A stretch of 63,736 nt of DNA, filler included, from Octopus bimaculoides (lineage: Eukaryota): NCBI RefSeq assembly GCF_001194135.2. It is 6 parts of 6 records of this genome, joined end to end, with 100 filler letters (N's around TTAATTAATTAA, not from the genome) between each part and the next. Parts side by side here need not be neighbours in the genome. Positions count along the whole stretch, not along the records: positions 1 to 9,414 come from NC_069003.1; positions 9,515 to 29,964 come from NC_068993.1; 4 more parts are not named here. One strand, 5' to 3'. The translations under genes were made by a program, and so were the position numbers. Position 1 is the first letter of the stretch. Each line of letters begins with the position of its first letter. Under the pieces are notes generated by a model that was not told the origin of the DNA, did no database searches, and saw nothing but the letters and a program-made list of their open reading frames with translations. Of this stretch, positions 1 to 11,484 are shown in pieces.

Positions 1-78
1 ACTGGTATCGATCTAATCGACTGCACCCTTCCCCCAAAATTTTCGGGCCTTGTGTCTAGAGTAGAAAAGATTATGGAT

Positions 79-283
79 TTCAGATTTTGACACAAGGCCA
101 GAAATTTCAGTGAAAGGGACTGATCGTTCACATCGACCCCAGTATTCAACTTGTACTTATTTTATCGACCGCAAAAGGCAAAAATCGACCTCGGCAGAAT
201 TTGAACTCAGAACGTAACGGCGGTAGAAATGCCGCTAAGCATTTTGCTCGGCGCGGTAACGATTCTGCCAGCTCGCCGCCTTA
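79..283 (-). mobile_element. tRNA-derived SINE family 1 (head aaggcggcgagctggcagaatcg)
   Basis: A-box-like tggcagaatcg and B-box gagttcaaatt. Other copies at 1-70 (+, tail), 27030-27217, 30890-31080, 35575-35763, 38990-39250 and 60165-60375 (+). Confidence 0.8.
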
Positions 284-833
284 GTTTCTGACCTTAATAT
301 TAATGTCCTTTAGATTGTTTGAGTTTAAAAGATATGAAATGATTACAAACAGCTTTCCGTGGTTAATGCTTTGCTTTTCTCCCCTAAGTTCTTCGTCGTT
401 CGTGTACACCGACTACACCGTCGCTTACTCCACAATCGTCGCAAATCACAAACCAGCCTGCATTGCTGTGCCTGTCGGGTTAAGTCATTCACGACCCACC
501 CGCTGATCATCTGTACTCATTAGACCTCGTTGCCCACAGAGTTGGCAGCTGGAATTTCACTTTACACAATTGACCGGTTCCCTCTATGCGCTGCATCGAT
601 GAGAAAAGCTTACTTATATAGATTGGATGACTCACTTTAAAGTTGGGGGTCGGATGACCTCAATGAGATCTTAACATCTTACAGGATTGTCTTATAGTTT
701 GTTGATGATTTTCGTAAGATGGAAAAGAGGAAGAGGAAAGTCTATTAAAAACAACACGCAGAAAAAATATATACAAACCTCCAGTTTTAAATGTTATCGT
801 TCTAGTTTTCTTTTCATAGAAGCATCAAAAATA

Positions 834-1040
834 GGTTAGCACTGCACTTCTGTAAGTGGTAGTACAGTCAAAGATAAGTTAGTGCTGTATGTCTATCTGT
901 AGCAATAGTATTGCGTGAGAGTGGTTAGTGCTGCACCTCTATTAGTGGTAATTTAGTCTAAGATAAGTTTGTCCTGTAAATATGACATTAGTAATAGTAT
1001 AGTATTAAATAGGTTAGTGTGGAAGAGGGTTAGTGCTGTA
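834..1040. repeat. Degenerate 89-bp tandem repeat, about 2.2 copies
   Basis: ggttag(c/t)(a/g)ctgcac...aagataagtt starts at 834 and 923; ggttagtg recurs at 1012. Confidence 0.6.
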
Positions 1041-1806
1041 GGACTATATAAAACTGCAGTGAGTTTGCCTTCAGTAGTTGAAATATGTCACAAACATATT
1101 TGAACCCAACCCTCAAAGTTCACTTATGCTTAAACACTGCTTGGCGCTGATACTGTTTTATATATATATATATATATNNNNNNNNNNNNNNNNNNNNNNN
1201 NNNNNNNNNNNNNNNNNNNNNNNNNNNNNNNNNNNNNNNNNNNNNNNNNNNNNNNNNNNNNNNNNNNNNNNNNNNNNNNNNNNNNNNNNNNNNNNNNNNN
1301 NNNNNNNNNNNNNNNNNNNNNNNNNNNNNNNNNNNNNNNNNNNNNNNNNNNNNNNNNNNNNNNNNNNNNNNNNNNNNNNNNNNNNNNNNNNNNNNNNNNN
1401 NNNNNNNNNNNNNNNNNNNNNNNNNNNNNNNNNNNNNNNNNNNNNNNNNNNNNNNNNNNNNNNNNNNNNNNNNNNNNNNNNNNNNNNNNNNNNNNNNNNN
1501 NNNNNNNNNNNNNNNNNNNNNNNNNNNNNNNNNNNNNNNNNNNNNNNNNNNNNNNNNNNNNNNNNNNNNNNNNNNNNNNNNNNNNNNNNNNNNNNNNNNN
1601 NNNNNNNNNNNNNNNNNNNNNNNNNNNNNNNNNNNNNNNNNNNNNNNNNNTGCAAAGAATATAATTTCCAAATTTCATAAAGATCCATTCAGTACTTTTG
1701 ACGTAGTTTTGGATAAGAAAACAAATGACGAATGCGTGAGTTTGGTGAATGGGTGAGTGCGTACGAATTGTTTGCGTATGTCATTCATGTAAATGCGTCC
1801 TTATTC

Positions 1807-1848
<42 letters not shown>

Positions 1849-2292
1849 GGATATTAAAGAATATACAAGTTTTCCTCCTACTCACAGTTAAAACCTCCTG
1901 CTGATTTATATATCTCTATAGAAAGTGCCCCCGCTCCAGGTATTCCCTACATTACATATTCTTCAAACAGCACTCACTAATGGTAATTCCGTTAACAGTT
2001 TGTTCTGAAAAGTCTCTCACATTACATTGCCAAACCTCAATAAGTTTTTATTTTTTTCAAGATCAAATCCCTGAGCAGGAAGTACAGTTGAAGTGCGTCA
2101 TGGTTTGTGAGTAACATAGTAAATAGCTAAAGGTTGTGGCTAGTACGAAACGGAGTTCGCGACACAGGTTCGATTCCTGAATGTATCCGCTTATTCTGTT
2201 CGTACAATGGAGAAAATGTATGAAAAATAAAATAAGCACCATGTGTTGATTATTTTGGGGTCGTATTTCGAACCTCTAATTTTTCTTTATGA

Positions 2293-2560
2293 AGGCGCGT
2301 GGCCTAGTGGTTAGGCTGTTGCCTTCACGATCGCCAGATCGTGGGTTCGATTTCCTGATTGGGCGGCATGTTGTGTTCTTGAACAAAACACTTCATTTCA
2401 CGTTGCTCCAATCCCTCCTTTTCATCGGGGGTGGGGGATGTTGGCCTGCTCACCTAGCCAGCGGTGTGGCGTTATTTGAAGGCTAAAACAATGCAAAGAA
2501 GCATTGTGACTAGCGATGTGTAACAACACCTGAAGCCTGGTCGGTCACATGATCGCGTGA
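2293..2560 (+). mobile_element. tRNA-derived SINE family 3 (head ggcgcgtggcctagtggttagg)
   Basis: A-box tggcctagtgg and B-box ggttcgatttcc. Related heads at 6470-6680 (-), 10110-10365 (-), 34320-34395 (+), 45945-46073 (-) and 49550-49630 (-). No acceptor stem or CCA, so not true tRNAs. Confidence 0.75.
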
Positions 2561-2663
2561 ATTCTTCCTTATAACAATTCAGCGCTTGCTACCATTTTAG
2601 ATCCTTTACCTGTCATGCTTCGTTCAAATAGTTTTCTGAAAGTCGTTTTAAATCACGCGTTAT

Positions 2664-3050
2664 TTAAACCCCAATAGCATTTAAACCGGCCATACCCGGT
2701 CAAAAGGTTCTAGCTGTTTATGCTCAAACTGGCCACATCTGGCCTCTCACATCTACCCTGTATTCTCATTGTAAAAATAAACAATCACATCATCAAAATC
2801 TCAAAGCTTTGAGCAGGGCCGGCTCAAAGGACCACAACTGGGGCAGTCCCCCGGGGCGCCATGTGCTAAGGGACGCTAAGGAGGGCGTGACAAAGACAAG
2901 GAAATTTTCACGACCGTCAGCTTTGTTCACGCCGAAGTTCAGCTTGCCCGGAGTGCCATCAACCCCGGGGCAGGCCCTGGCTATGAGTTAATGCAGAATA
3001 ATTCAGACAGAGTTACATTTGACAGAGTAACCCGAATGCTAAAGGATTAA
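2664..3050 (+). mobile_element. piggyBac-like (TTAA) MITE
   Basis: Bounded by ttaa...aatgctaaagga-ttaa; a second, inverted copy lies at 33277-33491. Confidence 0.65.
2814..2979. mobile_element. hAT-type MITE with 8-bp TSD, nested in a piggyBac-like MITE
   Basis: TIR cagggcc / ggccctg; flanking 8-mers gctttgag (2806-2813) and gctatgag (2980-2987). Confidence 0.85.
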
Positions 3051-3129
3051 ATAAGCTGTTATCTTTGCTGTCTAAACTCTATTGATGAATGTTGTTTTTC
3101 ATCAGTCGCTGTATATAACTATTCTTTCG

Positions 3130-3421
3130 TTTGTTTCAAGTCATTTGACTGTGGCCATGCTGGAGCACTGCCTTTAGTCGAACAAATCGACCCCCGGATT
3201 ATTCTTTATAAGCCTAGTACTTATTCTATCGGATCTCTTTTTGTCGAACCGCTAAGTTATGGGGACAAACACACACACACACATATACCACGGGCTTCTT
3301 TCAGTTTCCGTATACCAAAACCACTCACAAGGCTTTGGTCGGCCCTAGGCTATAGTGGGACTGAACCCGGAACCGTATGGTTGGGAAGCATGCTTTTTAC
3401 CACACAGCCACACCTGCGCCC
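3130..3421 (-). mobile_element. tRNA-derived SINE family 2 (head aggcgcagg-gtggctgtgtggtaa, internal CA/TA microsatellite)
   Basis: B-box ggttcagtccc. Other copies at 12205-12420, 24228-24585, 26415-26930, 49755-50075 and 56975-57335. Confidence 0.8.
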
Positions 3422-3606
3422 TATCTTAATGTTCTTCTAAGACAGTGGTTCTCGACCAACTTTTTGCCTATGGGTACCTTTGTTTCCTATTTTATTCAGT
3501 GGGTGGGAGCTCGTAAGCCATTCGATGCCTAAAAAGTATTATATTTTTATGGTTAGGTATTTTGTGTATTGTACAAATATAACCGGTTTATTGTCTTTTG
3601 AGGCTT

Positions 3607-3640
<34 letters not shown>

Positions 3641-3642
3641 TA

Positions 3643-3868
3643 TACAAAGGAGTGCTGAAAAGTTCCTGCCTTTAAGGGTGTCGCGAAAGGCCTGGCTGGA
3701 GGCCCAACCTTCCGAGTTCATTTTACATGGTCTAGAAAAATTGAAGGGCCGCTGGAATAAATGTGTGAATCTGAGAGGGAAATATGTTGAATAAAATCAT
3801 AATTAACTGATCCTTCTGTAGTTTCTTTTACTCAAAGCTAGGAACTTTTCAACCCCACCCCTCAGATA
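3643..3868 (+). mobile_element. Mariner-derived MITE (copy 1)
   Basis: Inverted ends gtgctgaaaagttcctg / ctaggaacttttcaac; interior keeps a mariner C-terminus (GLEKLKGRWNKCVNLRGKYVE*). Confidence 0.8.
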
Positions 3869-3884
3869 TATATAAATGTATATA

Positions 3885-3936
<52 letters not shown>

Positions 3937-5222
3937 TTGGGTACTCCCATAAATAATGAGGTTTCTTTATACTTCTTTTAGTTTTAAAACTTAGGATAAA
4001 CATAGTTCTTTTTCAATCTAAAATATACTCTCCTTATTTTTCTACGATGCTCTTCGATCTATCTGATAGGCTTGCAAGGGCCCTCTTTCAAAATTCACTT
4101 GTCCTTGACAAAAAATACTCCTCCGGTACTGTCCTGACCTCGTCTACAGAACGCATTGTTTCCGTCCACCTGATTTTGAAGACTGTGGAATAAATGATAA
4201 TCAGATGGGGCAATGCCTGGCGAATATGGTGGGTGGCGCGTCGTTTCTCATTCAAACTGCTCCAGCCTTTGGAATGCTATCCTCGCTGTATGTGGTCGAG
4301 CATTATCCTGATGGAAGAACACCTTCCTACTTGAAACCAAAGATGGTCGTTTTTCTTCTAGCGCTGACTGAAGCCGCTCAAGCTACTCGCTGTAGATATT
4401 TGTTATCGTTTTGTTTGGGTTTAAAAGTTCAAAGTGGACTAAACCTTTCATATCCCACCATACAGATAACAATACCTTACGTGGGAGAAGACCTTCTTTA
4501 GCCTGGGGTGCCTGTATTTCTCCTTTCCCTATCCACTGTCTTCAGCGATTGACATTTTTATAGAGAACCCATTTCTCGTCGCCAATTACTATTCGGTCCA
4601 AAAAAGGTTCATTCGTAAGACGTGACAGCAAAGAAGTGCACACATTCACTCTCTGCACGCGATTAGGCTTGAAACGTCTTTGAGGAACCCATTGACCCAA
4701 TTTGCTTACTTTTCCGATGGCACACAGATGTCGATGAAAGGTTGAATGACCAAATCCAAGCTTCTTTGCTACTACCTCAACAGTTGTGATGGGATTTTGT
4801 TCCACCAAGGTTTGCAGGACGTCCCCGTCAAGCTCTACAGATCTTCCAGGACGAGGCTCGTCTTCTAGGTCTTCTAGACTGTAGTTTCCTGTTCGGAATT
4901 TCTGGAACCACCGTTGATACTGGCCTACGTTTATTGTCCGATCCCATATACTGCATAAACATTCCTCCCGTTTCGTTGTCGCCTTTATTGGACTCATAAA
5001 GCAAAATATGCCGAATATGCTCCTTTGTTACTTCCATTAAAGGATTGAAAAAAATAACTGTTAAAATCAAACGGCACTCTTTAAAACTGGCATTAAGAAT
5101 AAGTAAAAGGTAAAATTAATACCTGCTTTTATAGCAAGTTGATGCAAGTAGTTTATGCCGTCCCCCTCCGACTTTTAATCATGCAATAAAAAAGAAACTG
5201 CATTATTTATGGAATGACTCAA
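3937..5222 (-). mobile_element. Full-length decayed mariner transposon (DD34D), 1286 bp
   Basis: Imperfect TIRs ttgggtactcccataaataatgaggtttcttt and aaagaaactgcattatttatggaatgactcaa, flanked by TA. Minus-strand transposase remnants KEHIRHILLYE, RWFQKFRTGNYSLEDEPRPGR-like HTH, WVPQ, IGDEKW, VWWDMKG, HQDNARPH, PYSPGIAPSDYHLF with 34 residues between D2 and D3. Stops and frameshifts present. Confidence 0.93.
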
Positions 5223-6753
5223 TACACACACACACACACACACGTCTGCTTAGTGATGATTATCGAAGGAGAGTACTCAATACCACAGTAAAGATGAATA
5301 ATATTTTCATTTTTGACCGAGTCAGTCTCTTGTTAGTCTGAGTTTAGCATGTATCCTCCCGGGGTCATGAGGTAACTTCGGACTCGACCAAAATAAAAGT
5401 ATTTGCATATGCATGTCTGTCTGTCTGTTTGTATGTATGTGTGTATATCTATACATTTATCTATGTATATATGTACGCATATATATACCATTTCCTTTTT
5501 ACTGATTTCAGTACGGGGATGGCGGTGGTGCTACTGCACAGGTTTCGAAGGTTTGATCGATCATATCGATCTCACTACATATTTCAGCTTCCATCTAAGA
5601 AATCGCTGAGTTACCTAGCAGTTAAATATGTCAGCATTTTGGCATAGAATACACAAACGCGCGCGTGCACATATACACACATTCTCAAACAGACATACAC
5701 ACACGCCTATACGCATATATTTATATAAAGGCAGATTCTTTCGCGCGCGTGAGTACGCACACATACACACTCGCACAGAAAATGCTTCCGCGCTGTTTCT
5801 ATGTCTCAAATTCCGCAACCATAACCTTCTAAATACGTTACCCTTTAACTGAGCGAGATATATTTTTCTTATGTTTGTAAACATGAGCCTTGGATCTAGA
5901 TTAGAAACCGACTCTTTCTTTGTTGGCAAGAAATCTTGAAATAAAACTGAAGAATGATCATGCATGCATACATACAAACATACATACAATTTTTATTAAT
6001 TTTTTAAAATTGTAAATGATATAAATGTTTTAAAATCATAATAGACCTTTGAGGAATGCCGGAGAGAAATTAGTCAAAATATGCAAGGTGGTGTCAATAA
6101 ATGAAAACAAAACGACATTGTATTGCCCATTATGCAGGTTGTTTAATGATTCTGTAAGATTTCGGGAAAGTTACTTCTTTTCAAGTAGGAGAAAGAAAAT
6201 TAACATTTCGGACAAATGTATTTTTCTAGCAGGTTATTCTAGTTAATTTTTATTACGTGTAAATAAATGTCGATGCCCCCCGCGCGCGCGTGCGTGCGTG
6301 CGTGCGTGCGTGCGCGCGTGTGTGTGTGTGTGTGGAAAGAAGCTTGCTTCCCAACCACACACACACTAAAACTCCGTCACTTACACTGATAATGGTTCCA
6401 GTTGATCAGATAAACGAAAGCGCCTGCTTGCGAAATTAAGGTGCAAGTGGCTGAGCGCTCCACAGACATGCGTATCCTTAACTAAATTCCCAGGGAGATT
6501 CAGCGTGACACAGAATGTGATAAGGCTGGCCCTTTGAGACACAGGTGCAACTCATTTTTGCTCGGTGAGTGAATTGGAGTAACGTGAAAGGAAGTGTCTT
6601 GCTCAAGGACAAAATGCGAGGTCGGGAATCGAACTCACGACCTAACGATCGTGAGCTGAATAACGTAAACACTAAGCCACGTGACTTCACATGCATATAT
6701 ATGCTTTGTATGGGTGTATATATATATATATATATATTCATACACATATGTCT

Positions 6754-6787
<34 letters not shown>

Positions 6788-6864
6788 ATATGTCTACATA
6801 TATATATATGCATACACATATGTCTACACGCACGCACACACATATATTCATGCACATACACATA

Positions 6865-6932
<68 letters not shown>

Positions 6933-7199
6933 TACATACAGGTGAAAGTATATTTGTACTCTTCATGCATATATAAGCACACCCAAGCACACACATACGT
7001 GTGTGCGTATGTTTTTGCTTCAGTGTCTGATTATCTGTATGTTTGTATATATGTGTGTGTGTGTGTTTGTCTGTGTCTGTGTGTGTGTATCTGCGTGTAA
7101 TATTTTCTTCTCTGTGATCTCATCACTTCTTACATGTAAAACTTCAGATGGGGGCCTTGATTTGAAATCAAAGAGGGCGATAGGATGTGGCTGGTTCAG

Positions 7200-7620
7200 C
7201 GTCTCTTGGAAGTACTCCAACCATCTGGCACTTTGTTCTTTTTTTAGTGTTAACAGGGTTTTGCCAGATTGTTTTTACTTTAGTAATAATACACAGCTGC
7301 TTCATTCTTGATCCCATCAGCTTCCTGGCAATGCAGTACAGCGTCTTTGCATCATTTCTCTTGCGTCTTCAGATTCTTGTCCTTTTCTTTCCAGTCTTTT
7401 TTTCTTGCCAGGTTTGCAATTTCACTTTATCAGTAACGTTCTATGGTCCTTCTCTTCTCCAATGCTTTTTCCTTGATCTTTTGCGATCGATATGATAGTA
7501 CACTCTGTGCTTTCTATTTTCTGTTGTTCTGAACATACCTCACCGTTCCCCAGTATTGCTGAAATGCTGCAGTGGCTGAGATCTGGTACTCAGTAGTAAC
7601 TAGAACCACTGTATTGATGT
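7200..7620 (-). mobile_element. Decayed RTE-like LINE fragment (EN-RT linker)
   Basis: Minus strand reads ...RRKRNDAKTLYCIARK, a basic helical linker typical of RTE ORFs; stops present. Confidence 0.45.
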
Positions 7621-8049
7621 GGCATCTTTTAACTTCTCTATGGTAAATGACCAGATGGGTCTACGTTTGATGGGCCCCTGAATCAGGTCTCTTTCAGAGA
7701 GCGCCTTTTTAAGTAGCAACGAGGCCTGCGTGGCTACAGTTATCTTCTTGAACGGATTATCAATTTTTTTTAAAACTTAACCATTACATCGCATATTTAG
7801 ATCAAAATGGCCATAGTGGATTATCAATGTCATTGGCGGTGCCCCAGTATGGCCACCGTCACATGACTAAAACAAGTAAAAGTTTCCTTATTCCTTTTCG
7901 AGCTATGTTTAAAAGGGTAAAAGACCCCCTTCGGTAATGAACGACCATGGGATTCCACCTTGAAAGTTACCCTCTGAGGCACAAGTTCGGGTAAGGTTGT
8001 TTATGGAAAACCAGCAGTCGCCCATGCATACCAGTCTCCCCTCTCCACG

Positions 8050-8859
8050 CCACCGCGGGAAAAGAAAGGAATTGCGGTGATTTATTCAAGAAAATAAATT
8101 TTTTAATTCCACCACAACCTCTCATATTCTGATTAAAATTGCTTTAGTGGATTATAAAAGTCAAAGGTCTGACGAAAAAAATTCCATGTTCCATATTTCA
8201 AGTTTTCTAGTGCGTGGGATGAAAACTAGGGACATATTCTATACATGAGTATTGCATCATAGAATGATGAAATAAATAAAACATTGGAAAGATCACTGTT
8301 AATGTAATCTTATTTTAGAATACAAACTACATCAACTTAACAGAATACAGACTACATCAAGCACGTATTACAAAACATCCACATTCTTCTTTCTCTTATT
8401 TCTTTTCTTCATCTATTCACATACAGTTTAATCGTTTGCGAGCTTCCTTGTAAAGTCATTTTCTGGAGACAATATAATGTATAAAGAATTTAAGCGCTCT
8501 TCAGTCATGGTAGACCGAAGTTTGTTCTTTATAAAGGATAGCTTTAAGAAATACCTTTCTGCTTCACAGCGCGTGTTAGGCATTGTCGAGTACAGCTTAA
8601 GTGCAGTAGAAATCTTGAAGAACACTTCAGTTAGATGTTTTCGCTCACAAACAAACTGAAAGGCTTTTTTGCTCGTTCCTCGTTCCTTTTTAAGGCAGAG
8701 GGTATGTTGCCTTTTGTGTTTTGGGATTTCCTGATCTACAAATATTCCCTGAAATGAGATGATAGCACTCATTTATATTTATAAATTTGCGGTCTTTGTC
8801 ATTCGAGGTTTGTAAGTTTAATTCTGTCTCCATTAATTTCGCAATTGTTCACTAATTCT
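8050..8859 (-). mobile_element. hAT transposase remnant (ZMYM1-like C-terminal dimerisation domain)
   Basis: HLTEVFFKISTALKLYSTMPNTRCEAERYFLKLSFIKNKLRSTMTEERLNSL matches the hATC pattern (CEAERSFSKLxxIKNxLRSTMxxERL). Left boundary approximate. Confidence 0.82.
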
Positions 8860-8913
8860 AAGGCGGCGAGCTGCTACAGACGTTAGCACGCCGGTCGAAC
8901 TGCTTCGCGGTAT

Positions 8914-9414
8914 AACGGCTCTGTGAATTACTGTGAATTATTGTGAATACTGTTGTGTTACTTTGTGAAAACTGTCTCGGTGAATAATTGTGATTTTCGT
9001 GGAATTATTACGGTTGCATTTCACGCGAGCTGCTGCATTTTTCCCAGCTATGGCAAATGGTAGTGTCTCCAGTACGAAGAGCTACGCCAAGGCCACTGCG
9101 GTGAGGAAGCCAGTGCCGCTGGAAACCAAGTTAATCAAGTTGGATATGGAGGAGGTGACCAGAAGCAGGAATTTGATAGAAGTTGAGGGAGACTCGTACA
9201 AATTGTGTCTCCCAAAAGAGACTAAAGAAAATAAGATTCTGAGGACAGTAGTGTATCGTACACAGGCTGTCGAAACCGGTAAAATTGAAATGGTGACGGA
9301 AGAAGAAATCGAGGAGTGCCTGGGTGAAATTGTCAATGAAGCCACGTACATCAACAGAGGAAGAAAGTTCGGTACGGTTGAGGTGAGGTTCGGCACTATA
9401 GAAGAGGCAACCAA
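8914..9414 (+). mobile_element. 5' end of a Tx1/L1-like LINE: TGTGAA-rich 5' UTR and ORF1 start (ATG 9050), running into a gap
   Basis: MANGSVSSTKSYAKATA...EEIEECLG...RGRKFGTVEVRFGTIEEAT resembles the RRM-type ORF1 of Tx1/L1 elements. Family assignment is by pattern only. Confidence 0.6.
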
Positions 9415-9615
9415 NNNNNNNNNNNNNNNNNNNNNNNNNNNNNNNNNNNNNNNNNNNNTTAATTAATTAANNNNNNNNNNNNNNNNNNNNNNNNNNNNNN
9501 NNNNNNNNNNNNNNGATTAATAATATATACTGAACTCAAGAGTTTGTCATGATTGCTATAATTAACGAAATACGAAATTAGTATTCATTGTCTGTGTGTG
9601 TGTATTCATGTGTGT

Positions 9616-9659
<44 letters not shown>

Positions 9660-10004
9660 TGCAGTACGTTTCAGTGAAACATTAATTAAAACCTAGGAAA
9701 TAATTAAATGGACCTCCACCCCACCCCCAAAAAATAATAATAAATGAACTGATAGGATTGAGTTACTTTGTTCTTCAGCATTCGAAATAATAGGCAAACA
9801 TGCACAGATAATATGTATAGAATTTCATACTTCAATTGTTTAATAATATAGTTGTAATATAAAGCTATTTCTATCTCGTATACTGTGTGGACCTTTTTCT
9901 TTTTAAATAGGAACCTTACCCAAAAATTATATAAATATATATGTGGATGTTTAAGTGTTATGTATGTGTTATATGTAGATAGATAGATAGATAGATAGAT
10001 ATAC

Positions 10005-10061
<57 letters not shown>

Positions 10062-10480
10062 TATGTGTGTGTATGCTATATATATATATATATATATATA
10101 TATACGTGTGCCCTTAACGTAGTTCTCAGGGAGATTCAGTGTGACACAGTGTGACAGGTACAGCAGAAACATGAAGAAAGAGTGAGAGAAAGTTATGGTG
10201 AAAGAGTACGACAGGGTTGCCCCCCTCTTCTTTCTGCGGAGCCTCGTGGAGCTTTTAAGTGTTTTCACTCAATAAACATTCACAACGCCCGGTCTGGGAA
10301 TCGAAACCGCGATCCTACGACCGCGAGTCCACTGCCCTAAGCACTGAGCCATTGCGCCTCCACGCCAATACATATATGCTATACATGTATATACAATATG
10401 TATGCGCGTATGTGTGTTTGTGAGTGTGTGAGTATGTATATATATTTAAAAACTGAATTTCTCGAGAAATAACCGTATAG

Positions 10481-10836
10481 AACCATTTTTTATCAACCAT
10501 TTTTTTTATCTTTGGACCCCTTTGATTACTATTTCATTCTGGTGGACCCTCCCATAGCCATTCGATGTTTAAAAACTAGTTTTATAGAAACTTCTTTCAA
10601 AATTCCCATTTTGATTTTTCACAAATTCACTTGTGTAGGATGAACCATGTAAAATGGTAGAGAAAGAAACCTAGCTGTTTCTTGCAACACATACCAATAA
10701 TCCTTTTAAAGCAAAATTTTTTCAGGACCCCTTAAAATACTACTATGGATCCCCAATTTATTATTTTGTTGCGTGGACCCCTAAAAACTTTATATGGACC
10801 CTCAGGGGTCATATGAACCCCGCTTGAAAGCCACTG
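10481..10836. mobile_element. hAT-Charlie-type MITE, left end eroded
   Basis: Aligns with 58250-58641; right end gcttgaaagccactg. Confidence 0.75.
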
Positions 10837-11145
10837 ATTTATAAGTTCATATGTATTTCAGTTCCCATTATTACCCCTGTGTCATTCAATACGCGGACAA
10901 TCCGGAGTTTGGGTGTCACAGAGTACACAGAGAAAACAAAACATCAAAGATTGTTTACAAAATATTTTATGTAAACAATAATATTTTTGCACATAACTAT
11001 CTATCTATCTATCTATTTATATCTATCTACAATACATACATACATACACATACACACACACAAACACACAAACACGTATTATCATTACTATTATTATTAT
11101 TGATGTGGTTGCTTTATTTCATAATAACAATAATGATTATTATTA

Positions 11146-11182
<37 letters not shown>

Positions 11183-11184
11183 GC

Positions 11185-11484
11185 CTTTTCACAGCTTCTA
11201 ACGCTGGAAATGTACTATAGTGTCAGCTGTTCACTACCAGTGAGCTAAGGTAACACTTCTTATTTTTCGAGCACCTTCGAGTGGTTCCAAGCAGTGTTGT
11301 TTTCTGCAAGTGCTCTACCCTTATTGCAGCCCCTATTTGTTCCACGTACTTCTCGACATTTTTGCTCACTGTTCCCAGGGCTCCGACAATTATTGGTACT
11401 ATTGCTACCTTTTTCATCGACCACAACTGCTTAACTTCCCAAGCTAACCTGTCATATCTCTCGACTTTTCTTTCTTCCTTATCG
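11185..11484 (-). mobile_element. R4/Dong-like (RLE) LINE 3' end with (TAA)n tail
   Basis: WSMKKVAIVPIIVGALGTVSKNVEKY...VEHLQKTTLLGT is the C-terminus of a restriction-like endonuclease; followed by a 3' UTR and a TAA array (plus strand 11085-11180). Confidence 0.85.

Noticed and set aside
1078-1688. Long ORFs made of X residues (also near 11.3-12.3, 16.7-17.5, 33.5-34.2, 37.6-38.5, 40.4-41.3, 50.2-50.8 and 59.2-59.7 kb)
   Set aside because: They run through N gaps and have no coding evidence.
2293-2370. tRNA-like A/B-box segments here and at other SINE heads
   Set aside because: They continue into SINE bodies and lack a cloverleaf acceptor stem, so they are not called tRNA genes.
9459-9470. 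TTAATTAATTAA palindrome recurring five times
   Set aside because: Always centred in exactly 100-bp N gaps, so it is a scaffolding linker, not biology.
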